In this document: positions 47,149 to 54,910 of the stretch, in pieces
How positions within the stretch are numbered: position 1 is the stretch's first letter
Layout: each line of letters begins with the position of its first letter
Source of the DNA: a virus
Lineage: Duplodnaviria > Heunggongvirae > Uroviricota > Caudoviricetes
Virus record (IMG/VR): IMGVR_UViG_3300022661_000054
Strand: one strand, 5' to 3'
Length of the DNA stretch: 64,000 bases
Made by a program: the position numbers and the translations under genes
Notes under the pieces: generated by a model
The model's database searches: none
Told to the model about the DNA's origin: nothing
Seen by the model: only the letters and a program-made list of their open reading frames with translations

Positions 47149-47246
47149 TGGACACGACAGCAGGACTTGAACCTACTTATCTTCAAGAAATCAATCTTGG
47201 TCTTTTTCCTGGGATTCGGATGCTTTACCACATAAGCTATATCGTG
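47149..47246 (-). ncRNA. tRNA-like element with aberrant anticodon/variable region
   Basis: CACGATA/TGTCGTG T CCA, good D arm GCTT..AAGC, T arm GTAGG TTCAAGT CCTGC; no assignable anticodon. Confidence 0.6.
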
Positions 47247-47256
47247 ATATTAGGTT

Positions 47257-47332
47257 TGGTGCGCCATCCGCGGCTCGAACGCGGGACCTAAGCATTAAAA
47301 GTGCTTTGCTCTTCCTACTGAGCTAATGGCGC
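47257..47332 (-). tRNA. tRNA-Lys(UUU)
   Basis: Loop CU-UUU-AA, CCA. Confidence 0.93.
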
Positions 47333-47365
47333 ATATATAAAGCGGTAACTATACCGCATTGTTTT

Positions 47366-47420
47366 TGGTTGCGGACACAAGGTTCATGAGGCCTTGACTT
47401 TCTAGAAAGATTCCGTCCGC
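47366..47420 (-). ncRNA. CCA-ended mini-tRNA lacking anticodon arm
   Basis: GCGGAC/GTCCGC..ACCA, internal hairpin CTTTC-TA-GAAAG, T-like CAAGG/CCTTG. Confidence 0.5.
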
Positions 47421-47507
47421 GTGCCAGGCGGGAGTTTGATTTATTATTATATCTTTCCCGTTCGCCGACTCCTTTAACGGTCTGGACTTTCGGTTAATGG
47501 TACCATT

Positions 47508-47590
47508 TGGTGCGGGCGACAGGACTTGAACCTGCACGCTTTTGGCAATAGATCCTAAATCTATCGTGTCTGCCATTCCACCACGCCCGC
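47508..47590 (-). tRNA. tRNA-Leu(UAG)
   Basis: Class II cloverleaf, loop UU-UAG-GA, CCA. Confidence 0.93.
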
Positions 47591-47774
47591 ATATTAAATG
47601 ACTTATCTACATCACACTAATGAATAAGTCTGATTCTGTATTTTACTTCTTGCAGAATACCATTGAAGGCTTTTTCGTCCATACATTGTAGTGTGTTGTA
47701 CTTTCGGAGTTTCGCGTCTCTCAGGAGATTTTGACGTTCTTGCAAAAACATCTTGGCTTATCTCTTAACCTTGT

Positions 47775-47846
47775 GGAAGTGAGTTAGAGTCGAACTAACC
47801 TCAGTGCCTACACTTTTTGTCAGCCTTATGAGTCCCTTTTCACTTC
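47775..47846 (-). ncRNA. Degenerate tRNA-like element
   Basis: GAAGTGA/TCACTTC acceptor + GTTAG TTCGACT CTAAC T arm; middle not canonical. Confidence 0.5.
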
Positions 47847-47977
47847 ATATTTAATTACATATTTATTATACGATACGAATTTATATATTTTAACAAATTT
47901 TATAAATATTTTAAGCATAAAAAATGACGCTTAAATGAATTTAATCATTATAAGCGTCACTAGATTATCGAGTATTT

Positions 47978-48094
47978 TTACTCACTGAATAACCAATGAC
48001 GCCACTCTGGTGGTCTTGAATAATCAAATTTAGGCATAGCTCCGCCAGCTGTTTTAATTAGTGAATTATAATTAAAATTAACTGACTTTTTCAT
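47978..48094 (-). CDS. 38-aa peptide
   Basis: MKKSVNFNYNSLIKTAGGAMPKFDYSRPPEWRHWLFSE, SD AGGAG, preceded by GCTAAATTA. Confidence 0.4.
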   Translation of the reverse strand: MKKSVNFNYNSLIKTAGGAMPKFDYSRPPEWRHWLFSE

Positions 48095-48491
48095 AGCTAA
48101 TATCTCCTTAAATTATTTTTATTCTATATCTAATTTAGCGTATAATCTAAATTAGAATTTTAAAAATTGCCAAGCTCTTTCTCTCAAGTCTTGTCGGGCT
48201 TTCACCGTTTGGACTTTGTTGCTTTGTATCATATGTATCATTGAAAGGGGAATGCATATGATTAATAAAGCTATTCACAAAACAATGGTAAAAATTACCA
48301 TGTAATATTATACAGTAAAAAATTTAAATATTTTATAAAAATCTTATTTTTTCTGTAAATTAATTTATGTAATATAGCCAACTCATAGATAGCTGGCTAT
48401 AATATTCTTATAAATTAAATTCTTAGCTTGACACTCATTCTTAAATATGTTTTACTATTTTTAATACTTGTTAAACATATCTGTCTTTTTC

Positions 48492-49256
48492 TTACTTCAC
48501 GAAATACTGTAATGCTTTTGTAGCATTTTGTTGTCTCACGCCATAAGATCCAGACCCACATCTCTCATAATATTTTGCAAAATACAATGCTGCTTCTTTT
48601 TCATCTTGCATATTATAGAAAGAATTGCCTTTCGGAATTACTTCAAACAATTCAACAGATAAAAACCTTATCTGGTCTTCAAGTGTTGTGCCAAAATCAT
48701 TTAGAAGTCTTTGTTTCCTACTGCCAGCCCACTGACAAATACCATAATAAGTTTTTTGACTATACTGAGGCCATCTTGAAATATCAAGCGTTTGACCACC
48801 AACTTCTGCCATAATATTACCCATGATACCTGCACACACGTAATCATTAAGACCTAAAGCTTTTAATGATTTCCATACCTTAGTAGCCTGGTTATAATTA
48901 CCATCAGCCTTAAAAGAATTTGAAACTATCTGCTTCTGTTGTGAAACGACCTTCTTAGTTTCCTGTAATTCTTTTTTAAGCTCTTGGATTTGTGCGTCCT
49001 TGTCAAGAAGGACTTTCTCATTCTCAACAAGTGTCTCTTCTTGCTCAGACACTTTTGTTTCTAACTCTTCATTTTGTTTTCTTAAAGAATCAAGTTCTGT
49101 TTGTAATACCGATACTTCTTCTTTATATGAAGATCTGTGACTAGTAAAACTAATAGCTTGTATAGCTACTATAATCACAAGTGCAATAATTGTGCACGTT
49201 TTTATAAGATTACTGTAGTTTTTCAGATACTTCAGCATCTTAAAAATAATACTCAT
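48492..49256 (-). CDS. Membrane-anchored coiled-coil protein with phage-tail-type lysozyme domain
   Basis: N-terminal TM, coiled coil, CAGIMGNIMAE...GICQW...QIRFL..EL...FAKYYER. Confidence 0.75.
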   Translation of the reverse strand: MSIIFKMLKYLKNYSNLIKTCTIIALVIIVAIQAISFTSHRSSYKEEVSVLQTELDSLRKQNEELETKVSEQEETLVENEKVLLDKDAQIQELKKELQETKKVVSQQKQIVSNSFKADGNYNQATKVWKSLKALGLNDYVCAGIMGNIMAEVGGQTLDISRWPQYSQKTYYGICQWAGSRKQRLLNDFGTTLEDQIRFLSVELFEVIPKGNSFYNMQDEKEAALYFAKYYERCGSGSYGVRQQNATKALQYFVK

Positions 49257-49637
49257 TATTTACTCCCTTCGATACATAAAGATATTAGAATTTTATTGAC
49301 TGTACTAATATTATACAGTACAAAACATCTTTATGTCGCAGCAGAGCATCAAGAATTTATTTAAGAATTTATTTTATAAAGAAAAAGATTTATGAGTAAC
49401 TCGTTCTGCAGTTGAGTCGACCCCTTGACTGACATAAATCAAATCAGGTTAGGCTTTTGTTTATGTAGTATCACATCTACTCTGGTCGGTCCAGATTAAG
49501 GGAAACCTTTATCTCTTTACCCTTCATAGAAACCAGTCATACGTTTAAGATTTGTGTGACTAACACCGTACGCTCCGATTACGTTAAGCTTCGATCCATT
49601 TGTGTGATTTTTAAATATCAGGAAGGATGTCCTTATG

Positions 49638-49710
49638 TTACGGTTGTAGGATTTGAACCTATACTTCCGACCAAAAGGCCGGCGTTCTATCCAATTAAAC
49701 TATCTCCGCA
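49638..49710 (-). pseudogene. Degenerate tRNA (undetermined)
   Basis: D arm GTT..AAC, T arm ATAGG TTCAAAT CCTAC, broken acceptor, anticodon hairpin CCGGCC-TTTT-GGTCGG. Confidence 0.45.
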
Positions 49711-50058
49711 TATATAGTTAAAAAATAATATAAGCTTTCTTACTCTACGCCTAGACACTATTTTCACTTACGACCATGTATTTAGCACTCTCCATACGGG
49801 GACGTGCATGGTATGATAAATTACTAAGTTGGTCTGCGTAGCCACTCCTCATCCTGGACCCGATTCTTGCTTACTAACCCGTTAGGTACCTCTTGTGAAG
49901 GTCGGCGTTCAGTCTCACCACTGTAACACAAGTCAGCGGGAATCTCTCGTGGTACCGATCATTTTTTCAGCCTTTACTTCTTCCACCACAGTTCGGGGGC
50001 CCTTTGGCATTGCTTCGTCTCTTAAGTGTACTCTGCCGCCTCAGAAAGATTATATTAA

Positions 50059-50132
50059 TGGCAGGCCGCCAAGGATTTGAACCCTGACCAACTGGGTTGG
50101 AGCCAGTCATGCTACCGTTACACCAACGACCT
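50059..50132 (-). tRNA. tRNA-Trp(CCA)
   Basis: AGGTCGT/GCGGCCT G CCA, loop CU-CCA-AC. Confidence 0.92.
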
Positions 50133-50344
50133 ATAAAATTCACCGTGGACTACTTACATTGTTCACCAGATTACCAGTGTAGCATCCTTTAACAATACGT
50201 TTATCTTTTATCAATAAAGCACTACCAGTATCAATACAGGGGCACGGCTACTCTACTCCCTGGTGACGATTAGCTGATTCTCACGTCCAACGATATTCCC
50301 GCCCCAGTCCACCCAGTGGGAACTTATTAAAATACTATATAGCA

Positions 50345-50416
50345 CTACGCTTACGGACTCGAACCGTGTCTCCCAACAGATTAGGTCAGGTGTTTTACCA
50401 GTTAAACTATTACGCA
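50345..50416 (-). pseudogene. Degenerate tRNA (undetermined)
   Basis: D arm GTTT..AAAC and TTCGAGT T loop; acceptor and anticodon stems mispaired. Confidence 0.4.
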
Positions 50417-50614
50417 GATATTATCTAGTTCGTGCTATCCAAGACTTTTTACCACATTTAGGACATTTTGTTCTTCTATAGTCTTTCATTCGGAAAAACA
50501 CAAATTCATGAAAAGGAGCTTTCAAGATCCATTTCCAATAATTAGATTCCCATTCGTGATTACATTCTGGGCACTGTAACTTTACCTTCATAAAGTACCT
50601 CTAAATAAATAATT

Positions 50615-50704
50615 TGGCGGAGGAGGGGAGATTCGAACTCCCGCACCCTTTCGGGCCTAACGCGTTAGCAGTGCGTCCTCTTCGACCAGCTTGAGTACTC
50701 CTCC
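50615..50704 (-). tRNA. tRNA-Ser(GCU)
   Basis: Class II cloverleaf, loop CU-GCU-AA, G73, CCA. Confidence 0.95.
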
Positions 50705-50711
50705 ACAATTT

Positions 50712-50788
50712 TGGCTGGGCAGGCTGGACTCGAACCAGCGAAATGACGGAGTCAAAGTCCGTTGCCTTACCGACTTGGCTACTGCCCA
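50712..50788 (-). tRNA. tRNA-Gln(UUG)
   Basis: TGGGCAG/CTGCCCA G CCA, loop CU-UUG-AC. Confidence 0.95.
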
Positions 50789-50941
50789 ATAAATAAAAGT
50801 TATTTTAATTTATATTTTCATTTAAACCTTGCCCGCGGCACTGTGACCATATGAATAAACTACTTCTATAAATTAAGGTTACTATCCTATGGAATGGGCA
50901 TTTTTCTGCTGGGGAACCTTATCCACTAATTATAACCCCTG

Positions 50942-51093
50942 TGGTGACGCGTACGGGAATCGAACCCGTGATACCGCCGTTGGTGCTAGATGTCAGACTC
51001 GAACTGACACATAACCTCTATCTCTAGTGGCCTGCCTTACCTTTTGGCTAATCTAACGAAAGGGCGGTGTCTTAACCGCTTGACCAACGCGCC
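50942..51093 (-). tRNA. tRNA-Glu(UUC) interrupted after position 36 by a nested tRNA-like element
   Basis: GGCGCGT/ACGCGTC A CCA; stem CCGCC/GGCGG; loop CTTTC|AC after removing 50981-51057. Confidence 0.8.
50981..51057 (-). ncRNA. Nested tRNA-like element (77 nt, CCA end)
   Basis: GTTAGAT/ATCTAGC A CCA; D arm GCC-AAAAGGTAA-GGC; T arm GTCAG TTCGAGT CTGAC; degenerate anticodon arm. Confidence 0.8.
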
Positions 51094-51161
51094 ATATGTA
51101 ACGAAGGTTGCTTTTTTCATAGAAGAGTGTGCTACATCGTTACCTCTAAATTCTCACTCTT

Positions 51162-51249
51162 TGGTACGCCATCGAGGAGTCGAACCTCGCAATCCCGAAG
51201 ATTACCGTGGTGTATAAGACCAGTGCCCTCACCGCTGAGCTAATGGCGT
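51162..51249 (-). tRNA. tRNA-Ile(UAU) with long variable arm
   Basis: Loop CU-UAU-AC, variable hairpin TAATC-TTCG-GGATTG, A73, CCA. Confidence 0.8.
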
Positions 51250-51254
51250 ATATA

Positions 51255-51331
51255 TGGTGGACCATCTAGGACTCGAACCTAGGACCGACCGGTTATGAGC
51301 CGGGAGCTCTAACCAACTGAGCTAATGGTCC
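51255..51331 (-). tRNA. tRNA-Ile2(CAU, lysidine type)
   Basis: GGACCAT TA GCTCAGTTGGTTAGAGC..CTCATAACCG..GGTCC A CCA resembles Bacillota tRNA-Ile2. Confidence 0.85.
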
Positions 51332-51414
51332 ATAAACTAGTTTATGCACTTAAAACTAGCAAAACGGTCGTTTCTATTTAACCCATTCAACAGAAACTGA
51401 AAAACATAAAGGTC

Positions 51415-51553
51415 TGGTGCGGGATATCGGACTTGAACCGATACGGTATCACTACCGAGGGATTTTTGGTACTTGATGTAGGTACTGCCCCTACTAGATA
51501 GACACTATGTCATCAAGCAAGTCCCTTGCGTCTGCCTATTCCGCCAATCCCGC
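51415..51553 (-). tRNA. tRNA-Leu(UAA) interrupted between positions 34/35 by a nested mini-tRNA
   Basis: GCGGGAT/ATCCCGC A CCA, Leu-type D loop and long variable arm; stem AGGGA/TCCCT; loop CTT|AAAA after removing 51467-51518. Confidence 0.8.
51467..51518 (-). ncRNA. Nested mini-tRNA (52 nt, CCA end)
   Basis: GCTTGAT/ATCAAGT A CCA; hairpin GACA-TAG-TGTC; T-like arm GTAGG GGCAGTA CCTAC. Confidence 0.75.
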
Positions 51554-51561
51554 ATATAAAG

Positions 51562-51619
51562 GCCAAGCTAAATTCATTTAAAAGATGATCGCTATTCAGC
51601 AGAAATAAGCATTGGCTCT
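51562..51619 (-). ncRNA. Y-RNA-like small RNA, copy 1
   Basis: AGA GCCAA-U-GCU UAUUUCU ... AGC-UUGGC; own promoter at ~51630. Confidence 0.7.
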
Positions 51620-51842
51620 ATGCGTTATATTATACAATCTAATTACTTAAAATTTATAGTGTTTTAAAAAAATTTTAAAAATATTTTTTCCGCTAAAGGA
51701 CTCTCACCTTTAGGAGCAAGGGTTGGCTTCGCGTTTGCAACCACTTCCAACGGTCTTTCTTCTATCATTAACTCTTGTGACCAGCATCTAATTCGTTTAC
51801 CTTGCTTTTTCATATCTAAATACTTTTAAGAGTTTTTCTTTT

Positions 51843-51917
51843 TGGTCGGCAACATTCGGAATTGAACCGCCACCCAGCCCAACACTCGGCCGTGTTCTAC
51901 CATTAAACTATTATGCC
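51843..51917 (-). pseudogene. Degenerate tRNA (GUG in an 8-nt loop, His-like?)
   Basis: D arm GTT..AAC, TTCAATT T loop, CCA, mispaired acceptor. Confidence 0.45.
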
Positions 51918-52568
51918 TAAACTCTGCTACCTTTGGGTCACGCTGTACAGGCGTCCGTTTCCAAAGTTGTACGTTGTAGCGTATTCTAATATGGCTTTAT
52001 ACTCACTACGGAATAAATGATAATCTTTCCCACTGATTATCTGACAACTTATCTCTCATCATTAATTCCACGTTCTGTTACCAGATAGCTTATGGCTTTT
52101 ACCTGAGCGAGCTTCATTCTCTCGGCAGGCGAAGTTGTCCCTACTGTCCTTAATCATCCGCCAATAATAAAACGGAACGGCCTATGCTAGTTAATGGCCT
52201 GCGGGCGGTTCATCTATGAGGAAATGACCTTGTAATGACCCTTACGGAGCATCCAACTAATCATCTATTCCACAGTGCATCCTCATAGACATATCGGAGT
52301 TCAACCGAATTTATTTTTTTAAGTTTTTTATCAATCTCATAAGCATTACTTATCTCATTGAAAGGTTTTCAACACTTACAAACCAATTTAAGGCTGTTCA
52401 TCACACTCCATTTACCACTGCTGCTTCTTCGCTAGAGTTAGGCGTTGACCTTAAATCACAGCCTAAACCAACGCTTCGTGGCACCTAACGTATTTTATTA
52501 TACAATGTGTTCTTTATAAATTTAGCACTTATTAAATTAATAATTTAATAAATTATTAAAAATATTTG

Positions 52569-52682
52569 GACTAGCTAAAAGGTGCTCTACCGCTGAGCTA
52601 CATTTCACCTAACAGATGAAATGGTTGGATTCGAACCAACGACCACCCGCTTAAAAGGCGTTAAGAAATAAGCATAGTCTCT
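52569..52682 (-). ncRNA. Y-RNA-like RNA, copy 2, enclosing a circularly permuted tRNA-Lys(UUU)-like domain (YrlA-like)
   Basis: GACUA-U-GCU/AGC-UAGUC stem; order anticodon hairpin - T arm - loop-closed acceptor stem - D arm. Confidence 0.8.
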
Positions 52683-52706
52683 ATAAATATATTACAATAA
52701 AATATA

Positions 52707-54704
52707 TTAATTATTAACAAAAGCTACTAATTTTTCTAATTCATAACTTCTGATAATGGTCTGCTTTACAGGGTCGATATCATCAGAGTCTTCAGAAATG
52801 ACTGGAGCATAAGTATCATCAAATACAACGTTTGCATCCATAGGATTATCCGCAAGCTCGCCACGACACTCGGCAATCATACCAATATTAACGTCAAGAT
52901 AATTAGCCTGTAAGTATTTTTCGATAGTCTTAAAACCTTCAGGTCTAATTACTCTATCATCACTGTCAAGAATCTGATTAAGAATGACTACTTCTCGATT
53001 CTGAATGTCAATAGCAAAAGCTACGCAAGCACGAGAATCACCATAAACCTTAAACTGCATCTCAATGTTCTTAGGATCCCAAGCTTTAGTATTAAGATTT
53101 TCTTTATTCTGGTAACCAGCATAAATCTCACCACTGTTAAGTTCACTGCAGTAACCATGGAAAGTCTGAACTACATACTTATAACCTTTTTTGGCAAGAG
53201 AGTCGAGGTTAATATCAAAGTACTCTGCACCATTAGGACCAGTAATATCACCGGAGAACAGGATATCATTTCCAAAAGATTTTGCACCATAATTGAACCA
53301 GCCCATAGTAGACAAATTATCATCTTTATCTACAACGATAAGAGAAGAATCAATATCAAAAGCTTTCTTCCAATGTACAAAAGTTCTAATATTATTTCCA
53401 GTACAAGGTATACGGCTTCCAATAGGAAGTACATCAATACCCTTACCGCTAGCAGAAGTATTAGTAGGCATACCTAACTTATAGAAATTATCAGCTACAT
53501 AAATCTTACCAAGAGAAGGCAAAGACTTGTAATATTCTTTAATCTTATCAAGACAAACAGAAGCAAGGAACTTACGTGTATTTTCGTTAAGTCTAGACTT
53601 TCGCCATTTAGCTTCATAGTCAGTTTCCTTGTGAGTTTTTACTTTATTATTATGGAAGTAAGTAAAGGTTCTTGCTTCAGTATCATCTGCTGAAAGAGTT
53701 GCAAGAAGCTGATAAAGAACTACAGGATTAGATGCAGGAATCATATTAAGAATTTCAACAGCTTCCTGAGGATTTGCTCTTGAAAGAAGCATCTTAATGC
53801 GACGTTCTAACATAGAACCATTAGAAGCATAAATATCAGCCGCAGCAACAATATCACCATCGGAAAGCATTTTAAGAGCCGCTCTATCAGGGGACTGCAC
53901 ATTAGTTTCTTTGGGTAATTTTAGGTTGCCAAGAGAAACGATTTTATTAAAATACTTTGCCTGTTTCTTAGACATAGGACAATGTTTTACATAAGGAATA
54001 TAAGAAGCAATTTCACTGAAATGCATCTGTAATTCTTTCCAAGCATAAGGATTCTTTTTGCAATTCTTGAATTGTGCTTTATCTCCAAATCTTTGAACAG
54101 AAAGCTTTACAATATCTTTTTTATCTAAGAATCTAGCAAATCTTTTATCTGTAGGAAGGAGCGCAAAAACATTGTCTTTACACTTAATTTCCTCTGACCC
54201 ATCATAAAAACCATTAGTAAACAAAGTAAGAAATTCAGCTAATTCATCACACGAAAACGGACGAGTGTAAGCACAATAAGCATCCGTAATATCGTATAGA
54301 GTTTTACGAGCTTCTTCATTATTTATAATATAGAAGGTTCTAAGTTTAAGCTCATCACCTACAACATATTCAGGAAGATCTTTCTTAAAAATTTCAATTC
54401 TACCAAGGTCCGAGCCATATGCAAAATAAGAAACAATCTGCTCAATCAAAAGCTCTTCACAAGTAAAATATTTAGTATCCTGAGGATTCTCATAAAAAGA
54501 CTTAGGAACATTCAAATGAAATTCCTCGTCAATCTGATTAACCATAGTCTTAGTAAGAAAACTAGGCTTATCTACAATAATACCGAAATTAGCTAACAAA
54601 TATGCGTTTAAATAAGCTGAATTATTTGTAGCCAAATCACTATCATCAATAACTAAATAATGACGAGTTCTTAAAATAGACTTCAAAGTTTCGTTAATTT
54701 GCAT
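52707..54704 (-). CDS. Helical N-terminal domain + C-terminal TerD-like domain; candidate Ro60/TROVE-related RNA-binding protein
   Basis: C-terminal VHWKKAFDIDSS, FSGDIT..GAEYFDINL TerD-like motifs; long helical N-terminus with PKSFYENP; flanked by five Y-like RNAs. Confidence 0.55.
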   Translation of the reverse strand: MQINETLKSILRTRHYLVIDDSDLATNNSAYLNAYLLANFGIIVDKPSFLTKTMVNQIDEEFHLNVPKSFYENPQDTKYFTCEELLIEQIVSYFAYGSDLGRIEIFKKDLPEYVVGDELKLRTFYIINNEEARKTLYDITDAYCAYTRPFSCDELAEFLTLFTNGFYDGSEEIKCKDNVFALLPTDKRFARFLDKKDIVKLSVQRFGDKAQFKNCKKNPYAWKELQMHFSEIASYIPYVKHCPMSKKQAKYFNKIVSLGNLKLPKETNVQSPDRAALKMLSDGDIVAAADIYASNGSMLERRIKMLLSRANPQEAVEILNMIPASNPVVLYQLLATLSADDTEARTFTYFHNNKVKTHKETDYEAKWRKSRLNENTRKFLASVCLDKIKEYYKSLPSLGKIYVADNFYKLGMPTNTSASGKGIDVLPIGSRIPCTGNNIRTFVHWKKAFDIDSSLIVVDKDDNLSTMGWFNYGAKSFGNDILFSGDITGPNGAEYFDINLDSLAKKGYKYVVQTFHGYCSELNSGEIYAGYQNKENLNTKAWDPKNIEMQFKVYGDSRACVAFAIDIQNREVVILNQILDSDDRVIRPEGFKTIEKYLQANYLDVNIGMIAECRGELADNPMDANVVFDDTYAPVISEDSDDIDPVKQTIIRSYELEKLVAFVNN

Positions 54705-54761
54705 AATACTATTCTCCTTAATTTTTATTATTATTTAAATTAAAACGAGCACAATATTTAG

Positions 54762-54813
54762 AACTGACTAAATAATTTTCCCATAAAATTGTTTAGAAAT
54801 AAGTACAGTTTCT
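54762..54813 (-). ncRNA. Y-RNA-like small RNA, copy 3
   Basis: AGA AACUG-U-ACU UAUUUCU ... AGU-CAGUU, enclosed by a 10-bp outer stem 54745-54754/54821-54830. Confidence 0.65.
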
Positions 54814-54838
54814 TTAAATGTTGTGCTCGTACATTTTG

Positions 54839-54896
54839 GTCTAGCTTCTGTTAATCAAAAATATATGGCTTGATAGTAAGAAATAAGCATAGACTC
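54839..54896 (-). ncRNA. Y-RNA-like small RNA, copy 4
   Basis: GA GUCUA-U-GCUU AUUUCU ... AAGC-UAGAC. Confidence 0.7.
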
Positions 54897-54910
54897 AATA
54901 AATAATAAAG

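Noticed and set aside
45297-50789. ORFs overlapping tRNA genes (5' extension of 45171..45461, 46715..46897, 47349..47576, 50601..50789)
   Set aside because: They read through tRNA cloverleaves and are incidental.
43787-51518. Group I or BHB-type introns as the explanation for the anticodon inserts
   Set aside because: The inserts are 52-77 nt, far too short for group I cores (no P7 or terminal G), and no bulge-helix-bulge is evident at the junctions. They fold instead as CCA-ended tRNA-like units.
52390-52465. SRP (4.5S) RNA suggested by GAAGCAGC within an AGGCTGT/ACAGCCT-closed stem
   Set aside because: The complementary UCAGG/GNRA helix-8 elements are missing; insufficient support.
41600-52700. 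tmRNA, RNase P RNA or hammerhead ribozyme in the RNA island
   Set aside because: I could not find the tmRNA 5' GGGG..GGATTCGAC/3' tRNA-Ala ends, the RNase P GAGGAAAGUCC core, or CUGANGA/GAAA hammerhead cores by eye. An Rfam scan would be needed to exclude divergent forms.
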